Source: an uncultured Burkholderiales bacterium
GTDB lineage: Bacteria > Pseudomonadota > Gammaproteobacteria > Burkholderiales > Burkholderiaceae_C
Length of the DNA: 61,525 nt
Reading direction: 5' to 3'
Assembly (NCBI GenBank): GCA_903961095.1
Contig: CAJCDH010000034.1
Span: 1-61,525, forward strand
Part shown: one piece after another, positions 34,210 through 43,918 of the stretch
How the letters are laid out: each line of letters begins with the position of its first letter
How positions within the stretch are numbered: position 1 is the stretch's first letter
The notes under the pieces: model-generated
What the model was told of the DNA's origin: nothing
The model's database searches: none
What the model saw: only the letters and a program-made list of their open reading frames with translations
Program-made: the position numbers and the translations under genes

Positions 34210-36006
34210 ATGACACAAACCGCCCAAGACAGTAATCAACAGGAATTAAGTTACCTGAAGCGGATGCGCCGTCTTTGGCCCTACTTTGGCAAACAACGGG
34301 GGGTTTGGGCTCTTGCCTTCTTAGCAACACTGGTAGCCGCAGCCACAGAGCCCCTCATTCCCGCCCTCTTTAAACCGCTGCTTGATGAAGGTTTTGCTGA
34401 AAACAAACTCCCTCTTTGGTCGGTACCTGCCGCTGTCATTGGTATATTTTTGGTGCGAGGAATGGCTTTTTTTGTGTCTCAATATGCCCTCGCGCGCATT
34501 GCCAATGATGGCATGCAAGCCCTGCGAGAGGCACTTTTCAAACGCTTGACCCAGGCGGAGATGTCCATCTTTAGCCAACAGTCTGCCAGTGCTCTATCAA
34601 ACACATTGGTGTACGAAGTTCAAACTGGTGCAACCCAACTCATTTCTGCGCTTTTGGGCCTTTCACGAGACGGCTTTACTTTGTTGGCCCTTGTTGCTTA
34701 CCTGATGTTCCTTAACTGGAAACTCACCATGCTGGTCTTCATCGTGGTTCCAGGCACTGCTTGGATCATGAAGAAGCTTTCAAAAAGACTTTACAAATTA
34801 ACCAAGGACAGCCAAAAAGCCACGGACGACTTGGCATATGTGGTCGAAGAAAATGTATTGGCTCACCGGGTCATCCGGCTGCATGGGGCTCAAGAAAGCC
34901 AACTTTCACGCTTCCATACATTAAGCCAGCGCCTCAGAAGTTTGGCGCTCAAATCAACGATAGCTTCTGCTTCGATGTCGCCCCTCACGCAGTTGATGGC
35001 TGCAGTGGCTTTGTCGACCGTCTTGGTGGTAGCCTTGGTTCAAAGTAGAACGGGTGCGCAAGGCGCCACAGTAGGTGGTTTTGTTGCTTTCATCACGGCC
35101 ATGTTGATGCTTGTATCTCCTATCAAACGACTGGCAGACATTGCAACGCCTATCACCAGAGGTTTGGCAGCCCTTGAAAGGGGATTACGCCTTTTGGAAG
35201 ACGTTCAAGTTGAATCCGAAGTTACTTCAGTGAGCCGCAATGGCGCTCAAAGGATGGGCGAATCTGCATCTCAGACAGGCCCAAGCATTGTGTTTGAAAA
35301 CATCGATGTTCGTTACAACGCAGAGGCTTCACCTGCTCTCCAAAACTTGAATCTGAGCATCCAAGCTGGTGAAACGGTGGCCTTTGTTGGGAGCAGCGGC
35401 TCAGGCAAAACCACACTGGTCAATTTACTCCCTCGATTTGTTCAGGCCAGCGCTGGTCAAGTTCGTTTGAATGGCACACCTGTTCAAGAGTGGCCACTGC
35501 ATCAGTTGCGTCAGCAATTTGCCATGGTGAGCCAGGATGTCGTGATGCTCAATGACACCGTGGCTGCCAATATTTCTTTGGGACAGAAAATGGATCGCGC
35601 CAAGGTACAAGCCTGTCTGGATGCCGCCAACTTGGCAGAGCATGTGGCCAAGCTGCCATTGGGCATCGACACTGTGCTGGGTCACAACGCTGTAGAACTC
35701 TCGGGCGGTCAGCGACAAAGACTCGCTATTGCCCGCGCTCTTTACAAAAATGCACCCATCTTGATTTTGGATGAAGCGACATCGGCACTGGACAACGAGT
35801 CAGAGCGTTGGGTGCAAGAAGCATTGCTCAATCTGATGAAGGGTCGCACAACCTTGATCATTGCGCACAGGTTATCCACCATTGAACACGCAGACAGAGT
35901 GGTGGTGATGTCAAAAGGCGAAATTGTGGAGCAAGGGCGCCACGAGGAACTCCTCAGAGCTGGGGGCACCTATTCACGATTGCACCACAAGGGGCAATCA
36001 GAGTGA
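34210..36006 (+). CDS. msbA: Lipid A export ABC permease/ATPase MsbA
   Basis: TM domain plus GSSGSGKT, LSGGQRQR and LDEATSALD. Confidence 0.85.
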   Translation: MTQTAQDSNQQELSYLKRMRRLWPYFGKQRGVWALAFLATLVAAATEPLIPALFKPLLDEGFAENKLPLWSVPAAVIGIFLVRGMAFFVSQYALARIANDGMQALREALFKRLTQAEMSIFSQQSASALSNTLVYEVQTGATQLISALLGLSRDGFTLLALVAYLMFLNWKLTMLVFIVVPGTAWIMKKLSKRLYKLTKDSQKATDDLAYVVEENVLAHRVIRLHGAQESQLSRFHTLSQRLRSLALKSTIASASMSPLTQLMAAVALSTVLVVALVQSRTGAQGATVGGFVAFITAMLMLVSPIKRLADIATPITRGLAALERGLRLLEDVQVESEVTSVSRNGAQRMGESASQTGPSIVFENIDVRYNAEASPALQNLNLSIQAGETVAFVGSSGSGKTTLVNLLPRFVQASAGQVRLNGTPVQEWPLHQLRQQFAMVSQDVVMLNDTVAANISLGQKMDRAKVQACLDAANLAEHVAKLPLGIDTVLGHNAVELSGGQRQRLAIARALYKNAPILILDEATSALDNESERWVQEALLNLMKGRTTLIIAHRLSTIEHADRVVVMSKGEIVEQGRHEELLRAGGTYSRLHHKGQSE

Positions 36007-36007
36007 A

Positions 36008-37483
36008 TTAAAGCAACACGATGTCGTATTGCTCTTGACCCATTGCAGTTTCACTTTGTAGCGATACGGGTTTGGCGATGAAGTCGGACAAGGCGGCCAA
36101 ATGCTGGCTCTCCTCATCAAGCAAAAGTTCAATGACTGCAGGCGCAGCGACTACTCTAAATTCACGCGGATTGAACTGCCTTGCTTCACGCAAAATTTCG
36201 CGCAAAATGTCGTATACAACAGTGCGTGACGTTTTGACACTGCCCTTGCCCTCACAAGCAGGGCAAGGCTCACACAACATGTGAGACAAAGATTCGCGCG
36301 TGCGCTTTCGAGTCATCTCTAGCAAGCCCAGTTGGGAAAAACCACCTGCCATTGTTTTGACACGGTCACGGCTCAATTGCTTTTTAAACTCATCGAGCAC
36401 GGCGGTTTGATGTTCTTCGCGGCTCATGTCAATAAAGTCGACAATGATGATGCCACCTAGATTGCGCAACCTCAATTGCCTTGCGATGGCATGGGCTGCC
36501 TCTAAATTTGTTTTAAAAATAGTATCGTCAAAGTTGCGCGCACCCACATAAGCACCTGTATTGACATCAACGGTGGTCAAGGCTTCTGTTTGATCAATGA
36601 TGAGGTATCCCCCAGACTTCAGATCAACTCGGCGACCCAGTGCCTTGGCTACTTCTTCATCGATGGCATAGAGATCAAAAATAGGCCGCTCGCCTTTGTA
36701 CAGTTGCAAGCGGTTTGCTGCGGCAGGCATGAACTCTTTTGCGAAAGCCGACAAATGTTCAAACTGCTCCTTTGAGTCCAGGCGAATGGTTTGAGTACCT
36801 TCGCCCACCAAATCACGCAAAACTCTCTGCAAAAGAGTGAGGTCTTGATGCAACAAAGACTGCACTGGCAAGCGAACAGATGCATCTTTGATGCGCGACC
36901 AAGTTTTGCGAAGATAGGAAATATCTTCGCCTAATTCGGAGTCGCTAGAGTCTTCTGCGTTGGTTCTTAAAATGAAGCCGCCGCCCTGCTGCCCCACTAA
37001 ATTTTGCAAACGCTCTCTCAGAGCATCACGTTGATCGGATGGGATTTTTTGGGAAACACCAATGTGATCGTCTTGTGGCAAGAAAACCAGATGCCGCCCT
37101 GCAATGCTGATCTGCGTTGAAAGCCTTGCACCCTTGGTTCCAATGGAATCTTTCACCACTTGCACCATCAGGGCTTGTCCTTCAAAAACTTGTTTTTCGA
37201 TGGGCACCAAAGCTTGGCTACTGCGAGCCACTTGCGGTGGCTCGCCTTCAGGCTGACGTTGCCACACATCGGCAACATGCAAGAATGCAGCACGCTCCAG
37301 CCCAATGTCTATGAATGCAGACTGCATGCCAGGAAGAACACGAGCCACCTTGCCCAAATAGACATTGCCAACCAAGCCGCGCTCAAGGGATCGCTCGACG
37401 TGCAACTCCTGAACTGCGCCCTGCTCGACAACTGCAACCCGAGTTTCTTGGGGTGACCAATTAATTAAGATATCTTGTTGCAT
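36008..37483 (-). CDS. rng: Ribonuclease G
   Basis: 'VLPGMQSAFIDIG' S1 domain, 'DVNTG' and 'RLRNLGGIIIVDFIDM'; no long RNase E tail. Confidence 0.95.
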   Translation of the reverse strand: MQQDILINWSPQETRVAVVEQGAVQELHVERSLERGLVGNVYLGKVARVLPGMQSAFIDIGLERAAFLHVADVWQRQPEGEPPQVARSSQALVPIEKQVFEGQALMVQVVKDSIGTKGARLSTQISIAGRHLVFLPQDDHIGVSQKIPSDQRDALRERLQNLVGQQGGGFILRTNAEDSSDSELGEDISYLRKTWSRIKDASVRLPVQSLLHQDLTLLQRVLRDLVGEGTQTIRLDSKEQFEHLSAFAKEFMPAAANRLQLYKGERPIFDLYAIDEEVAKALGRRVDLKSGGYLIIDQTEALTTVDVNTGAYVGARNFDDTIFKTNLEAAHAIARQLRLRNLGGIIIVDFIDMSREEHQTAVLDEFKKQLSRDRVKTMAGGFSQLGLLEMTRKRTRESLSHMLCEPCPACEGKGSVKTSRTVVYDILREILREARQFNPREFRVVAAPAVIELLLDEESQHLAALSDFIAKPVSLQSETAMGQEQYDIVLL

Positions 37484-37572
37484 GAAATGGAATGCTTATT
37501 CATTAGGAGGAATTGTGGGTGGCGTAATCTCAGAAATTAGCATCTTAGACTGTGCAAGAACAATTGGCAAAA

Positions 37573-38514
37573 TCAGGAAGGAATGTATGGCGTCCAACCC
37601 ATTGCGGATGACCACTGATCAATCGATTGTTCAGTGTCTTGTCCTTCTTTCAAAAGCCACTCACAAAAACCTGCAATGATGGGACTTTCATGATTGCTGA
37701 GCGATGCATTGGCGTAATAGCGACGTTGCCTTGAACCCAGTAGCCCAAAGGGCGCACACATGCGCCCTGCAATAATTTCATCTGCCACTAAAAACAAAGG
37801 CACAAGCACCACGCCCAGACCTTCCGCCGCAGCCTGCAATGCGAAATACATTTGCTCAAACTGTAAGGTGTGAAAGACACGCAAATCGGGCTGCGATGCC
37901 ATCGACAACCATTCAGACCAAGCCATGGGCTCTGTGTCATAACTGATGAGTGTCTGGTTTGCAAGCATCTTGGGGTAATCCAACTGCCCGTTTTCCATCA
38001 AGTCGGGATGACAAACCGGCACAATGGTCTCGGTCATGAATGGAACAGAGAGCATGCCGGGAATAGGTTGGTGCGAGCCTCGAATGGCGACGTCATAAAT
38101 GCGATCGTCAAAATTAACGGGCGCAGTCGAGGTGGTCAATTTAACTTCAACACCACCCCGCTTTTTTTGAAACGCAGAAATTCGAGGAATGAGCCATCTC
38201 ATTGTGAAAGTGGGCGGTGCACTGATTCTCAATGCTGTAGGCTCAGTATGCTCCAACAACTGCATCGAAGTAATTGCAATTCGATCTAAAGCAGGTGTGA
38301 CTGCCGCCAAAAAAGTTTTGCCAGCTTCCGTCAAACTTAACTGCGATTGCGCTCGATTGAAGAGCGCAGTACCCAACCAATTTTCTAGGCTTGCGACCTG
38401 TTTGCTAATTGCTCCGTGCGTGACAAAAAGCTCTTTGGCTGCTTTTGTGAAGCTGATGTGACGCGCAGCTGCTTCGAAAGCCCTGACAGCGTTCAATGGT
38501 GGAAGTTTTCTCAT
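37573..38514 (-). CDS. LysR family regulator (GcvA-like)
   Basis: 'LPPLNAVRAFEAAARHISFTKAAKEL' HTH and 'RWLIPR'. Confidence 0.92.
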   Translation of the reverse strand: MRKLPPLNAVRAFEAAARHISFTKAAKELFVTHGAISKQVASLENWLGTALFNRAQSQLSLTEAGKTFLAAVTPALDRIAITSMQLLEHTEPTALRISAPPTFTMRWLIPRISAFQKKRGGVEVKLTTSTAPVNFDDRIYDVAIRGSHQPIPGMLSVPFMTETIVPVCHPDLMENGQLDYPKMLANQTLISYDTEPMAWSEWLSMASQPDLRVFHTLQFEQMYFALQAAAEGLGVVLVPLFLVADEIIAGRMCAPFGLLGSRQRRYYANASLSNHESPIIAGFCEWLLKEGQDTEQSIDQWSSAMGWTPYIPS

Positions 38515-38575
38515 ACACCGATCTTAACTAAGCTTGCAAAATCTTGCTGATGCGTGAGTGAGGCAAAAATGCTTG

Positions 38576-38893
38576 TTACTCCCAAGCTAAGGCTGGCATA
38601 GGCCAAGACAAAAGCTCTGCCAATCTGCAAACCACCCAAAATGCCTCTGCAGGCTGCACCAAATCTGGCTGCACCAAGAGGCCTTGCCAGCAAGTTTTTA
38701 AAGCATCGTCCTCTGTAATTCCAAGTTGAAATTGTTGGGCACTGATGGGGTCCTGGAGCATATTGGCCAAGTCTTCGCACAATTCATAGCGCTGCATCAC
38801 TTCGGCCTTAGGCAAGCTGGTTTTGTATTGGCCAGGCTTGACATACAAGGCCACGAATGACTCAGGCACGAAGCTTTGATTTTCTTCATACAT
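38576..38893 (-). CDS. Conserved hypothetical protein
   Basis: Compact ORF co-oriented with icd; 'VPESFVALY..RYELCEDLA..WVVCRLAELLSW' looks like a real protein. Function unknown. Confidence 0.6.
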   Translation of the reverse strand: MYEENQSFVPESFVALYVKPGQYKTSLPKAEVMQRYELCEDLANMLQDPISAQQFQLGITEDDALKTCWQGLLVQPDLVQPAEAFWVVCRLAELLSWPMPALAWE

Positions 38894-38926
38894 GACGAGC
38901 AAACTTTGTGAAATTGACAGTCTTCA

Positions 38927-40180
38927 TCACATGTGATCGATGATGACTTGGCCAAACCCGGAGCAACTCACTTGCGAGGCGCGATCCATGAGCTTTGCAA
39001 AATCATGGGTCACGCGTTTGCTTTGAATTGCAGCTTCCATGGCTTGAATGATGAGGTCTGCAGCCTGCGTCCAACCCATGTACCTCAGCATCATTTCTGC
39101 TGACAAAATTTCAGAGCCAGGATTGACATAATCTTTGCCGGCAAACTTTGACAAAGGATCAACGGTAGCTTCAAAGCAAGCCACACTGTCAGACATGTTG
39201 GCACCTGGCGCAATGCCAATGCCACCCACTTGAGCTGACACCGCGTCTGAAATGTAGTCGCCATTGAGGTTAAGTGTGGCCACGACAGAAAACTCTTGTG
39301 GTCGCATCAAAATTTGTTGCAAGAACGCATCCATGGCAATGTCTTTGATGGTGATGTTCTTACCCGTTTTAGGATTTTGAACAAGGCACCAAGGCCCGCC
39401 ATCGATGAGTTGTGCCGAGAACTCTTTCTGCGCCAATTGATAAGCCCAATCTCGAAAAGCACCTTCTGTGAACACCATGATGTTGCCCTTGTGCACAATG
39501 GTGACACTGGGTTTATCGTGATCAATGGCGTATTGAATTGCCTTGCGCATCAAGCGCTGCGTGCCTTCGCTAGAAACCGGCTTAATGCCAATGCCAGATG
39601 TTTCTGGAAAACGAATGCTTTTGACACCCAACTCTTGAGTTAAAAAGGCAATTAGTTTTTGACCGGCTTCACTGTGCGCTGCGTATTCGATGCCAGCGTA
39701 TATGTCTTCAGAATTTTCACGAAACAAGGTGATATTGGTTTTCTCTGGCTCCCGAACCGGAGATGGAACGCCTTTGAAATATCGCAGTGGCCTTAAGCAG
39801 GCATACAGGTCTAGTGCTTGACGAATGGCGACATTCAATGAGCGGATATGACCCGAAGACGGCGCACTCAAAGGCCCCTTGATTGAGACCACATACTCTT
39901 TTAAAACGGTTAAAGTTTCTGCGGGCAAATATTCATCTGAACCATAAAGCTTGCGTGCTTTTTGACCTGCATAAACTTCCATCCAGTGAATGGCGCGTGT
40001 GCCTTGATATGCTTTTTCAACAGCCGCATTCACAACAGCCATCATGACGGGCGTGATGTCTACTCCCGTGCCGTCGCCTTCAATAAAGGGAATGATGGGG
40101 TTGAAAGGCACATTCAATGTGTTGTCAGCATTGACAGTGATTTTGGAGCCTTGAGGTGGAACTTGAATGTGTTGGTACAT
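38927..40180 (-). CDS. icd: Dimeric isocitrate dehydrogenase (E. coli Icd type) with divergent NADP-binding loop
   Basis: [27 protein letters not shown] and NLNGDYISD are present. EATHGTAPKY is replaced by [10 protein letters not shown]. Confidence 0.92.
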   Translation of the reverse strand: MYQHIQVPPQGSKITVNADNTLNVPFNPIIPFIEGDGTGVDITPVMMAVVNAAVEKAYQGTRAIHWMEVYAGQKARKLYGSDEYLPAETLTVLKEYVVSIKGPLSAPSSGHIRSLNVAIRQALDLYACLRPLRYFKGVPSPVREPEKTNITLFRENSEDIYAGIEYAAHSEAGQKLIAFLTQELGVKSIRFPETSGIGIKPVSSEGTQRLMRKAIQYAIDHDKPSVTIVHKGNIMVFTEGAFRDWAYQLAQKEFSAQLIDGGPWCLVQNPKTGKNITIKDIAMDAFLQQILMRPQEFSVVATLNLNGDYISDAVSAQVGGIGIAPGANMSDSVACFEATVDPLSKFAGKDYVNPGSEILSAEMMLRYMGWTQAADLIIQAMEAAIQSKRVTHDFAKLMDRASQVSCSGFGQVIIDHM

Positions 40181-40300
40181 GGTCAGAATCTCCGTTGTTT
40201 CATTCTAGGACAAAATCAGTCACAATTCGGTATGCAAATGTTTCTGGCAAGCAGCCCCATGACACCTGAACGCCTCTTTAAATTCAAACAATTACCGCCT

Positions 40301-40747
40301 ATGTTGAGAAATTTTTTGGCTGGCATGCTCGTCAGCATGCTGTCTATTTCTGTATTCGCGCAGGGCAATCCTCAGACCCAACTTCCTCGAACAAGCTTGA
40401 GTGCAGGCATGCACCTCATCCAAGTTCAGTTGGCACAAAACTTTGAACAACGACAAATCGGCCTCATGTGGCGCAAAGAAATGCCCCAAAACGAGGGCAT
40501 GCTTTTTGTATTCGATGAGCCCGCCGTTCAGTGTTTTTGGATGCGCAATACGCTATTGCCACTCACTGCAGCTTTTGTCGCAGACGATGGCACTATCGTC
40601 AACTTGGTCGATATGAAACCCATGAGCGATGATTCACACTGCTCTAAAAAACCTGTTCGTTTTGTTTTAGAAATGAACCTGGCTTGGTTTGCCAAACGCA
40701 ATTTGCAAGCAGGTTTTAAGCTAACAGGGCCCATGTTTGTCAAATGA
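40301..40747 (+). CDS. DUF192 family exported protein
   Basis: Signal peptide, 'GLMWR..GMLFVF..CFWMRNT..' and 'VLEMN'. Start chosen at ATG 40301. Confidence 0.88.
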   Translation: MLRNFLAGMLVSMLSISVFAQGNPQTQLPRTSLSAGMHLIQVQLAQNFEQRQIGLMWRKEMPQNEGMLFVFDEPAVQCFWMRNTLLPLTAAFVADDGTIVNLVDMKPMSDDSHCSKKPVRFVLEMNLAWFAKRNLQAGFKLTGPMFVK

Positions 40748-40798
40748 ATGGGCATGTCTAGATTCAGTTTGATTGAATCAATCTCAGATGCGCTTGAA

Positions 40799-41083
40799 CT
40801 AAACGCCCCAAACTACATCTTCCGATTGATCAAGGCACTTCCTTAACATTTTCAGCATGGGCATGCTTCTCTGGCGCAAGCTCACTTGTTTAGGGTCTGG
40901 CGTGCCGTCTATTTCTTCTTGCGCAACTGCCGCTTCTAGCAAGGCAATGGCAGATGCGATTTGATCTGCCACCAAAATACCCTTGGTTTGATTTTCCTTT
41001 CCCATCAATTTAAGCAGCCGCTTTGCATCAGGCTCTAGCATGATGAGATCACCTGTCACTTTAGATTTGAATTTGTAAATCAC
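40799..41083 (-). CDS. DUF1840 family protein
   Basis: 'IYKFKSKVTGDLIML', 'VSLRQR' and C-terminal 'VVWGV'. GTG start at 41083. Confidence 0.85.
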   Translation of the reverse strand: MIYKFKSKVTGDLIMLEPDAKRLLKLMGKENQTKGILVADQIASAIALLEAAVAQEEIDGTPDPKQVSLRQRSMPMLKMLRKCLDQSEDVVWGV

Positions 41084-41105
41084 AGAATCTTTCGAATGAA
41101 TTTCT

Positions 41106-42116
41106 TTAACGAACACAGTAATAGCTGAACACTTGTCCTGGAAATTCTGCAACAGACCTCACAGGCGATGGGTTGCGAAGATCGGGGGCCATCACCATGT
41201 TGTTTTCCATGGCCCACAATTTATTGCGTGAGCAAGTGACTCCGCCGTTCCAATCTCCCACATTGGACAGATACTCGTATTCATCCTCAGTAGGCAGTCT
41301 GGCTTGAATGGCCTTGCAAGCCATTTCGGCAGAGCGCGGTGTGGGCGCAACGCTCACGCCTGAACCCGGCGCTCCAACCAACTCCAATTGCTTGTTGCCA
41401 ATTTTCAATTTGGATGGAAACTGGGTTTGTTGAAATGTCTCAAAAATTTGTACCCCAATGCTCTGCATCACTTGCTCAGGAAAGCCTTGTGCTTGAAAAT
41501 GATAGGTATTTCCACAACTGAGATCGACATGCACTGTGACCAACAAATCACCTTTGCATGAAGGCGCGTAGGAATAAGTTCCATAGGCAACGCCCGACAA
41601 AGATTTCAAGAGTTTAGGATCCCAAGCAAGCTGCGATTGGGGTGCTCTCATGAGGCGCAATAGCTCATTCAATGGCGCAGTGTTAAAAAAAACAAACTTC
41701 CGAATTTGTGGATTGCGATCACGGTATACCCTGTCAAGGGAAGCTTTGAGTGTGCTGGCCAGCATCACATCCATGCCAGGGCTGCTTCCAGCAATGGTTC
41801 TTTGTTGATTGATTTGGCCATCCATGACATTGAGCAAGCCCACCATGCTGCGAGAGTCAATACCCTCACGCAACAAATCACGAACAGTGCGTGTGATCTC
41901 GGCCATTTGATCGCTTTTTGTTCGACCATAGGCATCATGGTACTGACACAAATCTTTGCCCCGAACAAACGGAATTTGGGGCCAAATATTGACGATATTG
42001 GGTTGTGCAACAGTGCCTGCACTGCTTACTTTGACTGTGTTGGCCTGAGCTTGCGCGTTGAACACACTTGTCATGAAGAAAGCTACAACGGCAATCAATA
42101 CGTTGATATGCGACAT
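41106..42116 (-). CDS. Secreted Cys-containing hypothetical protein with C-terminal DUF1566/C-type-lectin-like motif
   Basis: Signal peptide ending AQAQA; C-terminal 'A..AC.....RLPT.DEY....W....YYCVR'. Confidence 0.65.
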   Translation of the reverse strand: MSHINVLIAVVAFFMTSVFNAQAQANTVKVSSAGTVAQPNIVNIWPQIPFVRGKDLCQYHDAYGRTKSDQMAEITRTVRDLLREGIDSRSMVGLLNVMDGQINQQRTIAGSSPGMDVMLASTLKASLDRVYRDRNPQIRKFVFFNTAPLNELLRLMRAPQSQLAWDPKLLKSLSGVAYGTYSYAPSCKGDLLVTVHVDLSCGNTYHFQAQGFPEQVMQSIGVQIFETFQQTQFPSKLKIGNKQLELVGAPGSGVSVAPTPRSAEMACKAIQARLPTEDEYEYLSNVGDWNGGVTCSRNKLWAMENNMVMAPDLRNPSPVRSVAEFPGQVFSYYCVR

Positions 42117-42152
42117 ACAGGCCCTCACACTTTGCAGAAATAAGCACTCTTG

Positions 42153-42194
42153 AATATACATGAAGGCTGGGTCATAAGGCTTGACATGCATCAA
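42153..42194 (-). promoter_or_regulatory. Candidate class II FNR/Anr-type promoter
   Basis: TTGAT-GCAT-GTCAA (1 mismatch from TTGAT-N4-ATCAA) at 42181-42194, with TATATT -10 at 42153-42158. The spacing equals the canonical -41.5 geometry. Confidence 0.55.
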
Positions 42195-42262
42195 GCGCAA
42201 TGTCTGTTAAGTTGGCAAAGCTGAAGAAAGCCCCTTCAATTGTTGACTGGTACAAGGCTCAA

Positions 42263-43882
42263 TTAAGCTGCGAGCTGAAAGCTCTCAGGGCTGGCAGCTT
42301 GCCAATATTTGGCAAACAAGCCATCCAGGGCTTGATCATCTAGCAAAGCACCGCCTGGCACACTTTGCATGAGGTCAGATAGGTTTTGAATTTCGTGCTC
42401 ACTCACACGGCGCATGATGTGATGCAAGCGCAATTCGGACGGCGCTTTCAAACCAATTGCTTGAAGCATTTCTTTGACGGACTCTAAAGTCTGAAGGTGA
42501 AAATTGAAAACGCGATCAGCCTTGCTTGGAACAACCAAGGCAATTTGACGCTTAGGATCCTGAGTGGTTACGCCAGTTGGACAATTGCCTGTATGACAAG
42601 TTTGAGCTTGAATACAACCCAATGCAAACATAAAACCCCTTGCACTGTTACACCAGTCTGCACCCAATGCCAAAGTTCGCATCACATCAAAACCACTGAT
42701 AATTTTGCCGCTGGCTCCCAAACGAATTTGCTTGCGCAACTTCAAACCGACCAGCGTGTTGTGCACCAAGCGCAAACCTTCCAGCATGGGCATACCCATG
42801 TGATCGGTAAACTCGACAGGGGCTGCACCCGTGCCACCTTCAGAACCATCAACCACAATGAAGTCTGGATAAATTTGAGTTTTTTGCATGGCCTTGGCGA
42901 TGCCAAACCACTCCCAAGGATGTCCCACACACAACTTAAAGCCAACCGGCTTGCCTTCGCTGAGCTCTCGCAATTTTTGGACAAATTGCAAAAGCTCGAT
43001 AGGTGTAGAAAAACTGCTGTGCGCAGCGGGAGACACACAATCAACGCCCACTGGCACGCCCCTGGCCTCTGCAATTTCGGGGGTCACCTTGGGCCCAGGC
43101 AAAACACCACCATGGCCGGGCTTGGCACCCTGGCTCAACTTGATTTCAATCATTTTGACTTGGGGTGACAAAGCATTTTGAACAAAACGGTCGGCATTGA
43201 AAGTGCCATCTTCGTTGCGACAGCCAAAATAGCCCGAGCCGATTTCCCAAATTAAATCGCCACCGTGCTCACGGTGATATCGAGAAATTGAGCCTTCTCC
43301 AGTGTCATGTGCAAAACCGCCCTTTTTAGCGCCTTTGTTCAAAGCCATGATGGCGTTGGCACTCAATGCACCAAAGCTCATGGCCGAGACATTGAACAGG
43401 CTGATGTCGTAGGGTTGTTTGCATTGTGCGCCACCCACTGCCACCTTGAAGTGATGGGACTCAATGACAGAAGGACTGATGGAATGCGTTAACCACTCGT
43501 AGCCAACTTCGCGAACATCCAATTGAGTGCCGAAAGGCCTTTTGTCAGAATCGCCTTTGGCTCTGGCATAGACCAAGGAGCGCTGCGAACGAGAGAACGG
43601 AACAGCTTCGCTATCGCCTTCAATGAAGTACTGGCGCAGTTCTGGACGAATGAACTCCAATAAAAATCGCAGGTGGCCAATAATGGGATAGTTGCGCAAG
43701 ATGGCATGCTTGGATTGCTGCAGGTCATGCACACCCACGATGACCAGCGCAGTCAAAAGCAGTACCCAAATGAGACTAGCCTGACCCACTGCCAATTGCA
43801 AAGCCGACAACACCCAAAGGGCCACAATAGCAAAGAAGCTAAGGTACCTGACAGGAATACGCTGATCAAGCCAATTCAACAT
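42263..43882 (-). CDS. Stand-alone FMN-binding glutamate synthase family protein
   Basis: 'SAMSFGALS', 'DTGEG', 'EIKLSQGAKPGHGG', the CX5CX4C motif (CIQAQTCHTGNC), and N-terminal TM helices. Confidence 0.92.
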   Translation of the reverse strand: MLNWLDQRIPVRYLSFFAIVALWVLSALQLAVGQASLIWVLLLTALVIVGVHDLQQSKHAILRNYPIIGHLRFLLEFIRPELRQYFIEGDSEAVPFSRSQRSLVYARAKGDSDKRPFGTQLDVREVGYEWLTHSISPSVIESHHFKVAVGGAQCKQPYDISLFNVSAMSFGALSANAIMALNKGAKKGGFAHDTGEGSISRYHREHGGDLIWEIGSGYFGCRNEDGTFNADRFVQNALSPQVKMIEIKLSQGAKPGHGGVLPGPKVTPEIAEARGVPVGVDCVSPAAHSSFSTPIELLQFVQKLRELSEGKPVGFKLCVGHPWEWFGIAKAMQKTQIYPDFIVVDGSEGGTGAAPVEFTDHMGMPMLEGLRLVHNTLVGLKLRKQIRLGASGKIISGFDVMRTLALGADWCNSARGFMFALGCIQAQTCHTGNCPTGVTTQDPKRQIALVVPSKADRVFNFHLQTLESVKEMLQAIGLKAPSELRLHHIMRRVSEHEIQNLSDLMQSVPGGALLDDQALDGLFAKYWQAASPESFQLAA

Positions 43883-43918
43883 CTCAGGACTCCTTGCAGC
43901 ATTGCTGCATTAGAAAAA

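Noticed and set aside
38554-38560. GTGAGTG upstream of the orphan LysR matching CACTCAC upstream of the M20 operon (about 54161), suggesting a broken divergent pair
   Set aside because: It is only a 7-nt match with poor flanking similarity and could easily be chance.
39962-40300. Long N-terminal extension of the DUF192 ORF
   Set aside because: It overlaps icd on the opposite strand, and a signal peptide begins at ATG 40301.
40769-40783. TTGAT-TGA-ATCAA as an FNR box
   Set aside because: The spacer is 3 nt rather than 4, and it lies between convergent gene ends.
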